The notes below the pieces were generated by a model. The model searched no databases, had not been told where the DNA came from, and saw nothing but the letters and a program-made list of their open reading frames with translations. A stretch of DNA of 64,000 bases from Balanoglossus misakiensis (taxonomy: Eukaryota > Animalia > Hemichordata): positions 2,983,154-3,047,153 of the forward strand of contig CM082598.2 in assembly GCA_040954595.2 (NCBI GenBank), in the 5' to 3' direction. Shown here piece by piece: positions 29,701 to 43,777 of the stretch. The position numbers and the translations under genes were made by a program. Each line of letters begins with the position of its first letter. Position 1 is the first letter of the stretch.

Positions 29701-32700
29701 TGGGAAAAGAGCAGTTGGGAAATTCCAAATATCTTGTATTTGTGTATTGCAGTTTTATTTCACTGTGAGGAATGTCTTGCAGTTATTTATTTGTTTGTGT
29801 CATCATAATAAATTAGGCAATTGTTCACTTCTAATTTTCAAATATTTGTGTGTAATTATCCCATACTTTTTTTGATTATTATTAAAATATTTCTGCGATA
29901 TGTTTATTTTATTTTATTTTTAACTTGTTGAACCCGGCTCAGCAGAAACCTGAATGATGCTAGTATATTTCACCCTAGGGTTAGGGTGTAAAACGTTAAT
30001 GAAAAGTGTATGAATTGATGCATGATTGAAGTCCCTTGTGCGGACCACACTAATTACAAAACCCTCGACTTTTGTTGACACTCTTGTCAGAAGATCCTGT
30101 CAACAGAAATTTCTTGGCATGATGAAGGTTGAATGACCTCGCCCATCATTTGCATGAATGCATGTTTATCAAAAACTCTCCGACCTTCTGGTTCCATTCA
30201 GTTGTTTTGTCAACCGGGATTTAACCCTTTCATCCCCCAGTTCTCACTTTAGAGGTCCAACCGTACCATAGAAAACAATGGGCTTGGACTGAACCATGGT
30301 GATGAGAGAGGTTAACACCTCGCTGATTCTCACGTTCTCTCCCTGACATGCACCACACGATCTCTGGCAGATATTCAAATGTGTTACGTCACTGTGACTA
30401 TATGTCAAGGGTAGAACGTGCGTTGTGGCAGTACAGTAAACATATAGTCTTTCGGAGAACGAGAATCCCTAGGTAGATGATTAAAATGAAAATGTCAAAG
30501 GATTACAGTCTCAAATACGAGAATTCTTCAATTTGTTATTAGTCTATCGATTTACCAACTGAAACTGATCAGTATTTTCATTGTTAGTTTATCAGATCAT
30601 TACGAGCTCGGTATCTCCAGCCTGCTGTATGAAATTAACACCTGTCACGTAACATTAAATGAAATGGACGATTCCATGCCATAATATATTATTTGCAAAC
30701 GTCATGAAACGTAAAAATACTTCTTTAATATTACCAGAAATTATTTCCTGGAAGGATCCATTTTTGACAGTTTATAATATGTTCCAGTAAGCTAACCAGC
30801 GTAAACATCTTCTTAGTGAAATAGAAAAAAATGACCACAAATTGTTGAACGCAGATTTCATGAGTCATCAAAGCACTGTGAATGGTGCATTGCAGGCAAC
30901 AGAATATTAATAAGGGTGCGAAGAAAAATGATCTGTTTTTGATGGAGCATGAGCACCCTTGTAATGACCGATTGTGTTGAGCATGTTTCAACTTTCCGCG
31001 AGGACAACGCACTAATTAGATTAAATTTTAAGCAGTTTTTCGCAGGAAACAAAATAAACAAAAAAGAACATCAACAATGTAGTCCTTGCCCCAGAAAAAC
31101 ATTCATATGGCAAGAAATAATTACGTATGTGACATTTTCAAAACGTACAGTGTAAAAATGGTACATTTTAACCACTCAGGGAAATTCATTCCAGGGAATA
31201 TTGACTCAGTGTTCATCACATTTTGCTACAAATAATACATATACAAAGTAATGGAGGCGTAATTTGATTATGGTGTTTATTGCGATTAGGTAAAAATGGG
31301 TTTATATATGAAGACTTACGACAGGGTAAAGATGTCATACATGACATTATTTAATTTAGCATTTTAACTGAGATACAGAGTTTGTCAGATGATGATAAAC
31401 AAATGTCACCCTGAACTTTGAGCTGTCACGTATACGTGTAGCTAGTGATGTTTATAATTTTAAAATCATATTCAGGCAAAGATGTACACCACAGGCATGT
31501 AATAGTGGGCACGGCTGCTCAAAATAACTGATGTACTAGAAACACCATGTCGAACTATACCAGCACATGTAGTGCTCAGGACTATGGGTATGAATAGGTC
31601 TGGCCTAAAACTGTTAGATCAGTTAGACAGGTGGACAGGCAGACAGACAGACAGACATCATTATTATCATGAAAGTGGGGCCATAAATCTTTTACATTAC
31701 AGTGTTTGATGCTTTCATCCTACGCACTTTTACACTCGGAGAGACACTGGGATAGTCACACAGTCTGTTCAGTGTACATTCATCAGTCTATTGTAAAACC
31801 CATTACTACCTGTAAATACAATGCACCTTCGCCCCATGCAAGATAAACTACAGCGTGACTGACTACTAATGAAAACCTGGAAGACCGTTTACGAGAATAG
31901 TTGAGTCCCACTCTTCCAGGAAAATCACCTGAAAATTTCAACGACTACGGGACATCACACTCTGACTGAGATAAACGTGGTCAATTGTCCAAATCCTGTT
32001 TATCAGAAAGCGAGTGATTTTCATTGGCGGACATGCGAGTTTACGAGTGGTAGTAGGTTGTCAATCAACACAAGACAAAGAACCGTGTTGAGAGTGGATT
32101 TTTCAGGTCACTAACCCCTTTACATGACAGTGTCAGGGTGCATGACATCTAGCGAATTTGAAATACCAGTTTTTTTTTTCAGAATGAGAGCGACGATTTA
32201 TTGACCAGGTTTCTTTCCTTTGCCTGTTTTAGTTTTTTAAATCTGTGACACATATGCTAAGGGCGGTGCCACTCTAAGGGATGACCCTGGGACTATTTCC
32301 ATCAAATGACACATCCATGCGAATGTGAAGGACTGGAAAACAAATGACCATCTTTTGATTAACATATGAATGGGATAGAATGCTACTGTCAATTGTGCAT
32401 TGTATCTAAATTAGGATGATTAATGAACATGGCATTTGACAGATCGCGAGCATTACGGATTTTTCAGCGATTCCGTCAGAATCACAAACCAGGTTGCTGG
32501 TCTAATGCCACCTAGACTTCCTGCTGTTGTGTTTTCTCACACACAACACTGAGACGCCATTGTTTGGGTCTTTGTCTACCCGGAAACAAAAATACGATCA
32601 ATAAACCTTTGTTTCTCGTGCATTGTCATGTGATTCGCGTAATGATGTCATCATGTAACGGACAGTGTCTTTGTTTTTAAAATAAAGTGTCAACAACTAC

Positions 32701-35700
32701 ACAAAGCAGAAACACGGGTAAACATCACAATATATTAAAATATTTGATTGCTTCTTGTAGTTATGGAAGCATAGTCTATACAAAGCTTTAGTTTTTCGTT
32801 TCGGCGCAATACTACAAAAATATATCAATTTATCGGGGCAGTTTGTCACAGATTGTTGATTGATGGAGAATAACGGACCAGCCTTTTTCTACCTTATATG
32901 GTATGCCTACTTCCATACCTGCTTTCTTTCTTTCCTTTTCAGCGAATCGCATTCATGATAAATTTCCTGGATTTCGCGCAGGATTTAACTTGCGTGACAC
33001 GCCATGAACCCGGTTTCTCGCACCTGATTGGACGCTTTGAGGTTAAGCTTTGTTGTTACGTGAAACTAGAAAATAAACAGCTGCTTTTTTGTGGCTTACG
33101 TGTCTGACCTCACTGTGTGAAATTCATAAAAAAAACGATAACTCATCCTTGTGGCATGCATAATTAATCACCCAGACTCACCGTTATAAAAGTGTGACAC
33201 CCTCTCGGAAGTGTTCAATTTGTGTACGCGACGCGAACCAGTACAGTACTGACGCATATATTTTATTCGGAACTCGCACAATATGATCGATGCGTTTTGA
33301 CAAAATATGAGGTTGTTACAAAGAGCATACAGCAAACCAGGAGATGTGTCAAGGTTAGCTGTTATCTTCTAATTTGTCAGTCCCATCGTTCGTGGTATTT
33401 TTTATCAGATTTACCCGAATTCCCAACCCCTAGTGGCTACAAGTAGTATTTCACTTTTCCGAATGCAGAATTGTGGGAACGCATGCCAGGCATGTACTGC
33501 TGTGTATCCAGCAGTCCTCACGGCATAATCTTCATAGATTCAGAGCTTGGCACTAATATTTCACACATTGTGAAGTCAAGGATGACTTGAACCAGATAGT
33601 GAACTTCCATGAAAAATATGCCAGTATTTTTAATGCAAGGTCAGTTTTGAAATTTAATGAAGGCCAGTCACAGCTAAGGTTTTAAGCTGTATTAATCCAA
33701 AAATAACAATCGAGTTTAGACAACCTAGAGATGTGCATTTTATGGCGTAACAGTTGCTACTGCATTGTCCGTTATGAAACCTGAAACGTATCCGCTGCTT
33801 GTGTTGTAACACACTGATATGTGTGACATCTATCATGAGAACAAAAAATCTAGAAAATGTTTTTTTTTTAAGCCAGGCATCTCAGCATCTTGTCTTGGTG
33901 CAGTCTATACTAAATTCTCACAAATATTATCACTGACAGAAAAAAAATCTACATGATTAGAAATGAAATATTGCCAGAGTTAAATCAAGGTATTTTCACT
34001 GCAAATACTATAGAAAACAAGCAAGGATAATAAGTACTCCTCCATTGTTATATGTTTGTACATATCCTCTTTTGTGTGACTCAAATGTCATTGACCGAAG
34101 TTGACAGATCAGTGCGAGATTTTCACGACCATTAAACTTTCATCTCTGTTAATCCTCAGTCAGTATGTTGAACTATTAATAGCTTCACCAGTCATTAAAA
34201 ACAAACACAGTGAAATGAAAAATGGTAAATTATTTTTAAAAGCTGGTTACGAATGAAGGACAGTATATAGAAATTCCTCTGTTTCAAGGCCCCCTGTGTG
34301 GGGATATTTTGCATAAAAATACCATCATGCTTTGATGTCTGGTACAAAGATACACGTACTGTTCTATCATTGCGAAAAAAGACGTTGGAAAGCTGTTTAG
34401 CATTTGAAGCATTTTAATGTGATGTACAGGACTATGTGTACAGACTAGAGTTTACATGTATGGTAGGTTAGTGTATAATGCTTGAGGGAAAGGAACGGGA
34501 TATGTAGCTATGTTTTTGTTAGTGTTTTGAAAATCATGGAATTTCGTGTTTCAGTTTGCATTGGTGTTTGTGCTAATGCACTGATATCGTTTATGGGGAG
34601 GGAGGGAGGGAGGGAGAGACAGACAGACAGTCAGTCAGACAGATGGATAGACAGACACAAAATCAGCCATTGCTGGATAGAGAAAAATACAAGAGACAAG
34701 TCACAAGGACAGATACCAAATTGGTTTTGTTTTCATGTTTTCAATTTCATTGCCACTACAGTCAGTGAGTCATAACCCATTGGATCCTCTTTGTGTTCTC
34801 TTCGCAGGGAGGACCCATCGGAGGTCAGCTACCCGAAGAACGTCATGGCAACCACGCCCATCCTCTCGTCCGACGTGGTCGGCGACGGCGGCGGCGGGTC
34901 ATTCGAAGAGCGGCCGTGGGAGCTGCGACGGGAGTGCACGGTGCCGAAAGTCAAGGAGGAGGCGGAGAAAGTGCTGGATGTGTTTCTCAAGCGCAGTCTC
35001 AGCATGAACGACGCGTCGCCACGACGCAGATACATGATCAAAGTCCGCAAGGAGGTCGGGCGCGGCAAAACCATCTCCAAGTACTCGGACATCGCCGAAG
35101 AGACCGACCTGACACACATCGGACGCAGCAGCTTCAGAAAATCCGTGGAACATTCTGTGATTAACGACATAGAGGACGATGTCGAGCCAAAGTCGAGCTC
35201 GGCCCCGGGGAGTCTACATTACCGCGTGCAGTTGAAACCGACCGAAGAGACGCTGAAAAAACTCGACCAGATCCAGGCAAGGCTCGATAGTCAGTCGCCT
35301 GAGACGCCTTCAAAGAAGAAGAAACACTCGTTCTCAGCATTTGCTAGATCCATTCACCATTTTCTGAAATCGCCAACAAAGTCCAAGAAACTCAGTAGCG
35401 AGTTCAAAGACGCTGATAAGAAAGAGAAAGAAAAGGAGAAAGAGAAAGAGAAGGAACACAAGAAGTCAGGACTCAGAGCGAGCTTTAGAAAGAAATTTAG
35501 CAAAAAGGAGAAAAGGAAAGTGTCAAAGGAACAGGAGCGTGGTTCTCAGGATAGTATTCTAACTCCAAGCAGTGCTACTTCAGGTAAGGCAGACATGGTT
35601 ATGTTTTAACTTCAATCTGCAAAAGGTTGACAGGAGTTTAAACAAAATACGCTTGAATGCGGTATACAGAAAGAGGGAAAAATTGATGTTATGAGTCTGT

Positions 35701-38700
35701 CAGTCTGTCTGTAGCATCTTTTTTGGCTGCCTTTGTCTATAGGTGCAATCACACCATCCTCTCTGTCGTCAAATGACATCCTGGAGACGGACAGTTCCAG
35801 CAAGAAGAAGAAGAAGCACAAGAAACGCAGAGGATACGAAGATGTGACAACCCCAGACAGCGCGGCTGTGTCACCTGACATGTACGCGAATGGCGACGTT
35901 GGTGGTTACGGTAGCGGAAGGGGTGCCACTGCGTATTTTGACGAGATCGGGACGGACGAGGATCATCGTGACATCCATCTTGTAAGCAGCGATGGACGCC
36001 ACAAATATCGGTGCCAGGTCTATCGCACGCAAAGAGACAATAAGAGGGAATCCAAAGAGAGCGAAAAGATCAAAGACTATGCGGACGAGTTTCCGTTGAT
36101 TTACGAAGGCGGCGGCGACGATACTGATGGTCCCGGCGCGAGCCGATTACGTGATGGCGACCGCGCTGGTAGGGGCGGACCACCACCACCCCGACCGACC
36201 AGCCTAGATCTGCCCAGCAGCATCAGGGTTGTTCCAGACCGATTGCAGCGTCCAGTTACGGCCATCGGCTTGAATGGTATGTGAAACGTTTTAGCTATGG
36301 GACTGCTCAGGGTAATTTGTGGTATCGTGAAATTCGTTGAACGCAGAGAGTTCACTCACTTGTGTAGGAACTTTTCCTCGGAATATTTGTTCTCTATATC
36401 ATTATCAAAAAGTATTTTGTTCTATTCCTTGCGGTGTGATAGACTACCCACTATACCGTTTGTCAACATGTCCTGTGTATGTGCTGTAATGACTGTTTGT
36501 ATTGTTGTAAAAGTGAATTAAAGTCAGTTTTACAACAACAATAATGCCGGTTGTACACATACGTGCTGTGTTGATCATCAAAATACTGGACACTTCATCA
36601 AGCTGTATGTAAGAAATCAAGGGATACCGCAGTTGACAAAAGGAACAAAAGTACTGGAAAAAGAGTAAAAATTCAGCCAGTGGATCTTCTTCACGTACAT
36701 GTAAATAAAATCTCACATAAAACAAAAAAGTGAACCAAATAATATCAAAAAAGGACCTTGGAGTTTTGTGTTGATTCATCTAGTTCGGTAAAGTACAGAA
36801 ATGATGTTGATGAAAATAATGTAAACATCATCACCCAGAAAAGTTCAGTTTCCGCAGCGGTGTGTCAGTTACTAGGAAGATTTTACAGCGGCAGCATCGT
36901 TTTTGATTTCAACAGGCATTACGGAGGCCCTCGAAGTAGAACTCGACAGCATACGACATGCATCCAGCGGGGACAGCCTGCAGTTTACGCGAGTGCCCGG
37001 AAGCGCACTGGCAACGGATGTGGAAGTGGATGCCGGAGATGGCTTTGAAGGTGAGCGAGCTCTCGGATACTGGAAAGTTTTTTTCCGTGTTCTACAGTGT
37101 TTTTGTTGAGGGTGGTAGTACCCAGGGAAATTTTACCAAGGTTCCCCAGTCATTTAACTGGGGTTCCCCTCGGTATATCAATGCAGTCATGTTTAGTAGG
37201 TAGCATATACCAATATTCATATACCAATCTTCCCCAGCCTTAGCAAAAACACTGTTCTATCCTAACACGTTTGTCATCAGCACCCTCTAATGGGCGCAAT
37301 TAGCACTTCTGTCTTTACTAACAGTTTTGATATCTTCCTTATTGCTGCCATCATAATAGTGGATAAAAATCAATATTATTACATAGTGGATGGTCTCAGA
37401 CCAGGAATTATTCTAATTCCGGCAGCAGGTGAGGAAACGATAAAATCCTGCATGGATGTCCAGGTACCCTTGTCTATAAAGAAACCCCTTGCATGGAAAG
37501 TTGTGTGCATTGTCGGAATATAGTTGTTGATTAAAAGTTTTATCTCAAGTTGGTCAGTTTTGTATTTGTTTCCCAACAAAAATCTCCTTATCCATTCTCT
37601 GTTTTTTGTTGTTGCTAGTATCTTGTTGCAATACATAGCATTTTGGTAGAAAAATTATTTTATTTGGAGTTTTGATTGTAGTTGTTGAATGCATCATATT
37701 TATGACATGTTCAGTTTGTTTGTTTTTTGCTTGCTTTGCTGTTACAAAACTTCAACACGAGACAAGGGTTAAGCCATGGCATCTCTAGAAATTATACAGA
37801 TGCATTCTACTTGAAACATATCAACATATTCCTTTTTAAACTTGACATTAATGATTAAATATTATCTAATAATCATCAATTATATTATTTGCAACCAACA
37901 GATATCAGTAGTGAAGAAGAATACAAGCCTTTTAAAGATCGCACAGAAAAAGAAAAAGAGAAACTGTACGAGAAAATCGCAGCACGATTGGCTGATATTG
38001 GGGATAGGGTGGTAATGGACCATACACTCGGAGAATCATTAGATGACTTCGGTGCTGTTGGTGGCCAAAGCTCTCCTGAGAAGAAAAGTAAGTCTTTCCC
38101 TTTTATCCAAATGGACTAATCCAACAATGAAAAGACAGATTATTCCATTGTCATACACTGGGGGGGGGGGGGGGGGTACCATCTTTCATGCTGAGGGGAA
38201 ATGCTTGTGACATAAAGCATAACTGAAGTTGATGTTTATTGGAAAAGTTGTGTTAGATCTCAAGGGTTGTAAGAATGCCCTTTAGGATTAAAGGGGCTTA
38301 TGTTATGCACAGCTGACTTGTCTATTGTTATCTCTATAGAAATACCCATGTCATCAATCAAATATTGGCCTTTAAGTTTAGGAAACATTGGATTGTGATA
38401 GATTTTGAATAAAGGCTGCCATCATAGTCTTACTCTTCAAGCTCTGTTTTGTTTTTGTCTTGCAGAGATTGAGATCGAGGAAATTGACGGGAATTTGGAG
38501 AAAGAACAGGAGGAGGTGAATTTTACAGAGACCGACGCCAGAATGTTGGGATTGCGACTGCGCGAGCACGGAGACCGCAGGTCAAGCTCGGAAGTGGTAA
38601 GGCCGCTTGACAAAACTTGATTTCCTATTCAAAACAAGTTTTGATACTTTGTAGAGTTTTACCATGTTTTTAACCATGAAAACACTAAACGATTCTGTCA

Positions 38701-39487
38701 CATTCATTTTATAGCTATCATAATGATGTGTTGGCTCAGAGACTTGTTAGAGGGGGTACCCGCAAAAAAATTGTTTTAAGCAACAATGTTTATGATTATA
38801 CACTATTTATGGTCACATAAAACGAACAATGAACAAGTACACATAATATTTTAATAGACACATTTTTTGTCCTGTGACTCACCTTGTGTTTTTGTGTGAT
38901 CCCGTTTCTCGCAGTTTTCAGTCCCCCTCAGCATCTTGATGACCATCGTTCGGAACACGGCGTACGACTCCTTCAAAGACGTCGCCCAGACGGTGATCGG
39001 GGAGGACACCAGCTGGAAGCAGCTGGCCTTGGTGTTGAAGATAACGAAGGATGCTATGCGCGTCGCGGGGAGCGCGCCCAACGTGGCACGGCAGATCAAA
39101 GACAATACCTTGAGGTTTATCGGCGACAGGTTCGCGGAGTGGATCAGCAGCCAAGGAGGATGGGTAAGTTTTCGTTTTATTGCCATGTGCATGTTTTTCT
39201 GTTGTTTTGTATCTGGTCACGTTAACTTGTCAATTATACGTTAAGTCCATCTTATTAGTCAAGTTGTCTTGAATTTGAATGAAAAAGTATTTATTAATGC
39301 TCTGTGGAAGATTGAATTCTTCCCTAAATGACTTATCTATCAGCCTATCAAGTTTTACAGGGGGATTTGATCAACTGTAATACGCAGACGTTAAAACAAT
39401 ACACTGAACATGTCTTTGTCTTGTATTGTGTTTCAGAGTTCCTGTATGGATGAAATACTGACAGAGTCCGAATCAGAAGTTGACTGA
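26755..39487 (+). CDS. Bcl-2 family protein of the Bcl-G (BCL2L14)/BCL2L12/BID clade, ~717 aa, no C-terminal TM anchor
   Basis: Exons 26755-26775, 27003-27073, 34808-35583, 35743-36276, 36916-37050, 37902-38087, 38466-38596, 38915-39163, 39437-39487; phases consistent; 2154 nt. BH4-like EAEKVLDVFLKRS; BH3 IAARLADIGDRV; second BH3 LGLRLREHGDRR; AYDSFKDV..LALVLKIT; BH2 FAEWISSQGGW with the conserved intron after GGW; C-terminus ESEVD (Bcl-G ends GGW...EEVD). Confidence 0.8.
30225..30311. mobile_element. TTAA-flanked MITE, family copy 2
   Basis: TTAA|CCCTTTCATCCCCCAG...GGACTGAACCATGGTGATGAGAGAGG|TTAA, similar to 9193-9277. Confidence 0.7.
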
Positions 39488-42400
39488 TACAAGGCTGTGA
39501 CAGTCTTTCAAGAAAAAATAGTGTGTTTTAAGAAGCTGTGTGGTCTTAGAATCCTTGAAGTCCAGTTGAAAGTGCAGATTACATCATAACACAAATAATT
39601 GCTCAAAATCCAATTTTTGCAAAACTTTATAAGGTCACATAGTAATGTCCATGTTACATACAGTTCATGTTTTATGTTTCATGCCTAAGTTAATAATGTC
39701 ACACAGCATTAATGCGGCATGTAACATGGTTCATGTACTGTACAGCTGTGATATGTTACACTGATCATGTGCCATATCACATGATTCACGTGCAGTGTCA
39801 CACATTTCATGTGACATCAAACAACGTATGTGCAGTGCAACACAACAGCGTTCATCAGAGTGCAGAGCTATCAATAATCTGTAAATAAATATATTTATGT
39901 GTGTACAGTGGTGTCCAAGAGAATTGTGCGATCAATACAAATTGTCTTTGAAAATGTCATGTTGGACCTCTTTGGACCAAAGATTTCTGTTACATTTGAG
40001 TAAGATTGTAAGAAAGAAGTTCACAAAATCTTTGAAATTTACTCATATTTGTTTCTGTATTTGAGAGAAATATTTCCAGTGTATCTGAAGTAATACTGAG
40101 TAAGAAAAATTCATGGAAACTAGAATGTTAGTATGGTATGGTGGAAAAAATGTTATACTAAAGATATCTATGGTTGTAATATGACACGGAACTGAAGCAT
40201 TTTTCTGTCAATTCTGCAGCTGCTGAAAAGTAGAGATGATTTGGTTTCATTTTGCAAGGCAATATCTTCCAATATTTTCTATGCAGATCTGTTTCAAATT
40301 TAATTGTCAAGTTCTAAGAGGCTGTCTTTGTTACAAAAACTGCATATTTGACGTTTGCTATTAAATAGGAGAAAGATAAAAATGGCATGTTTTAGTCGTG
40401 AACAATTCAGCATGCTTCTTGAAGTAGTTTGAGACAAAAGTAAATGCCTTGTAAATCAAGTACCGGTACCTTTTCCCCTGGTTAAATTTTTTTATCAGAA
40501 CGGCTTATTATTATAAATAATTTAGTAATATTTGAAAAATTTGTTAGAACATATTTGAGAGATTTATACATGTATTTGTGGAAATCTTACCCCTGAGATG
40601 GATTCTGTTGACAAACGATCGGATACTGTACAACCATTTAAAGGATGTCTTGCTCCAGTGTTGAATTGTGGTTTTACCAGATGTACTTGTGATAATACGC
40701 AAATACAGAGACATTTGTGTCCAAGTGATTCAAATGGACAAGTTGATTGCAATGCAATGCTAATGCATATATTTTTCTTAGTTTCCAAGATGTGTTTATG
40801 CAAGTCATAAGTTATATGCAGAGTTGAACGGTCAGAGGCTACAGTTTTGACCATTATTGCTCTATAGGCAGTGTGGTTTGGCTTTATTTACATAAGTCAA
40901 AACTGATGTGTTATTTATTTGATTTTTCACTAGGCAAATTTACATTTTGTTTCTTTGTTTACATTGAGTTGTCAAGAGTGAATTTTTCTTTTTTCTCTTA
41001 AGATTTTAAGAATTATTTTGGGGTGCCCATTAGATGTTGTGTAAACAGGGTATTAATGTATTACAACTCCACAAAAATATTTACAAGGAATGAACTCAAG
41101 AAAATATTTATTGACTTTTAAGCAACATGTGAGCCGATTGCTGATTGGTTATTGCTTTACTGGAGGCTGTAAATACCCTGCCCAATAGTGTTGGCTCTTT
41201 TATGACACGGCTGGTGAAATCAACCAATTGCTGACATCGTCTTACAAATTTGTATTTCTCCGTCTATGTCCAGTATTTCACACTCGCATGATGTTAAAAT
41301 TTGAGACAATTTTGCTCTCTCATTCAAAGCTGTGATCAATTCCCCCAATTTTTAGTCTCAATTTTAAGAGGAAAAAAGTTGCCTTGAGCAAAATAGAGAA
41401 AAAACTGATTTTCAAGGCGTATTCTACCTTAATGACGTGATGTATGTTGAGGAAAATGCCAAGTTAAATAGAAAGTGAAAAGAGATTTGCAGTTTGATTT
41501 CACTTCATGTAGCCTTCAGTAGATTAGACAACATGGACAGTTATGTATCTGCATGTGCAAATTTCCAGTTTGAATTTCATATTGTCAGACAAAAAATGTG
41601 TGGCCTTATTTGCCAAACAAGTGTCAACAACAGAATGGCCTGAAACTTTATATGTGCACTGTGGTGAGAGTAAGCCAAAGTTGCACTTTCAAGGTGTATT
41701 TTATTTTTTGTTAACATGTGACAAGAATGGTATGGCCCAACATTTGCATAATGCAAAGAAGATGTGTACATAATAAATCCTTGATAATTTTCTTTGTTAA
41801 ACAAAGGATTCAACTAATGTGGCCTTAGCGAATGAATATGTATCAGATACTTTCTGGCTTTAAGCTGATGACTTTTGTGTTCATTTTGTGAAATATTAAA
41901 AGATTTTGTCAAGATTGAAATAAAAAATCAGCCGATATAGTGGATACCTGCTTGATATTATTCTGGTTTTGGTTAAACAAGAAACATTAAAAATTCTAAG
42001 CTTTGATTGAAATTTATATGGTTATTTCTTATTTATAGTGGCTGAAGCAATTGAGTTTGGGGGAGGGGTGTTTATCTGAAGCTTTGGAGAGTGATGTTTG
42101 GCTGGTTTGACCCCAGAGTTTGACTTAATTGCATTTTGTATATTTCCAGCTGGGACAAATATTGTCTTTTTCTTTTCTTTTTTGTTCTCAAGAGATTTTT
42201 ATCAATAAAGAGTGTTATGAACAAAGATTCAATCTACACATGAAATTTTGTCTTGCGTTTGAAATATGATTTTGAAACCCAGAGATGCACTGTCAAGATC
42301 AGCTGTGAGTTGTATTCTGAGTTCCACAACTTGAACCAGCAGAGATCTCGAGCCCCGTGAAGACAAAATTCAGTCACAAGCAGCTGTATACACAACTTGG

Positions 42401-43222
42401 CAAATGTCAATATTCAGAGAAAAGTCAATTTGATGACTAATGCTCGCATTTTGTGAGTCATTCAGCTGTTCCATGTAACACGATACACAATCCAGCCACA
42501 GGCAATCTGATTTCGCATCTATTGGGACTTAACTACATTACAGATGATTGATTTCAAGCCCCATTATCTTTAAATTTGCATTTTACTTTTCTCTAAGCTT
42601 TTTTGTGGTTCAAAGAAGACATATTACCGACAGGGCTACACAGCGTTGACTCTTTTCACCGACATGCAAACTTAATCCTCTGGGATAAATGTTCAATTTC
42701 CTTATTTCCTACAAAATGAATTATCTAAGATCATCAAATCCTGTTGTTTTTCACTGGTGAAGTTGACTTTTTGAGAAGGTGATGTGACTATGTCTCAAGA
42801 ATGACAACCATGCTGGGATCTGATATCAGAAAATATACTTTTCTACTTCAAAAAAATCACTTCTGTGAAGATAGCTCAGTATTGCATCTGTGTATCAGTC
42901 CACATTTTTCATTTCATCCAAGTGTAATAAAGAAAATGGCTGCATTTTTGCCAAATAGCTCTTTACCCATTTCCTTCAGAAATAGAGTGATGATTTTCCG
43001 GGGTTTTTTTTGTTTGAATGTGATCATATACACGACAGCGGAGTATAGCGCAGCGCACCCATTGGGTAAGTAACGATTCTCCATTGCTTCTTGGAAAACA
43101 AAAGCAATGTGTGTTTAGAGACAACAGCGGCGCTCTTCAGAAACAATATGGCCGCCCCCAGTGAAGACAACGACTCGTTGAGATCGGCAGCGTGAAAAGA
43201 CCATTTATACGTTCAGCATACA

Positions 43223-43777
43223 ATGGCAGCTTTTGGAAGCTTAACAGGGAGGTTTTTATTCTACCCGACGTTGTGCTATAACATTGTCATGTCCAAAATA
43301 TCATCGCGGCGGTGGTACGATCGGATCGACTCAGTGGTCGTGTTGGGTGCTCTCCCGTTCAGAAGCATGACAAAACAGCTCCTGGAAGAAGAAAACGTTC
43401 GCGGAGTTGTCACCCTGAACGAAGAATTCGAGACCAAGCGATGGGTGAATTCCAAAGATGAATGGAACGAAGCTGGCGTTGAACAGATTCAACTATGCAC
43501 CAAGGATTTCGTGGGCACTCCGAGTCATGACAACGTGATGAAAGCTGTCGATTTCATCTCCAAGTTCAGAGAGAAACGTCAAAGTGTCTACGTACACTGC
43601 AAAGCTGGCAGAACTAGAAGTGCGACTATTGTTGCTTGCTATCTCATGAAGAGCAACGGCTGGACTCCCCAAGAAGCGTACGATTACATCAAGGAGAAAA
43701 GGAGCCACATCATAATTAGAGAAAAACAATGGAATACTTTGCACAGCTTTTATGAATCCGAAATCAAATGTTCCTGA
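43223..43777 (+). CDS. PTPMT1: Mitochondrial phosphatidylglycerophosphatase / dual-specificity phosphatase PTPMT1 (184 aa, single coding exon)
   Basis: N-terminal LFYPTL.YN, WYDRID..VVLGALPFRS, ENVRGVVTLNEEFET and catalytic loop VYVHCKAGRTRSAT are diagnostic for PTPMT1. Confidence 0.95.
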   Translation: MAAFGSLTGRFLFYPTLCYNIVMSKISSRRWYDRIDSVVVLGALPFRSMTKQLLEEENVRGVVTLNEEFETKRWVNSKDEWNEAGVEQIQLCTKDFVGTPSHDNVMKAVDFISKFREKRQSVYVHCKAGRTRSATIVACYLMKSNGWTPQEAYDYIKEKRSHIIIREKQWNTLHSFYESEIKCS

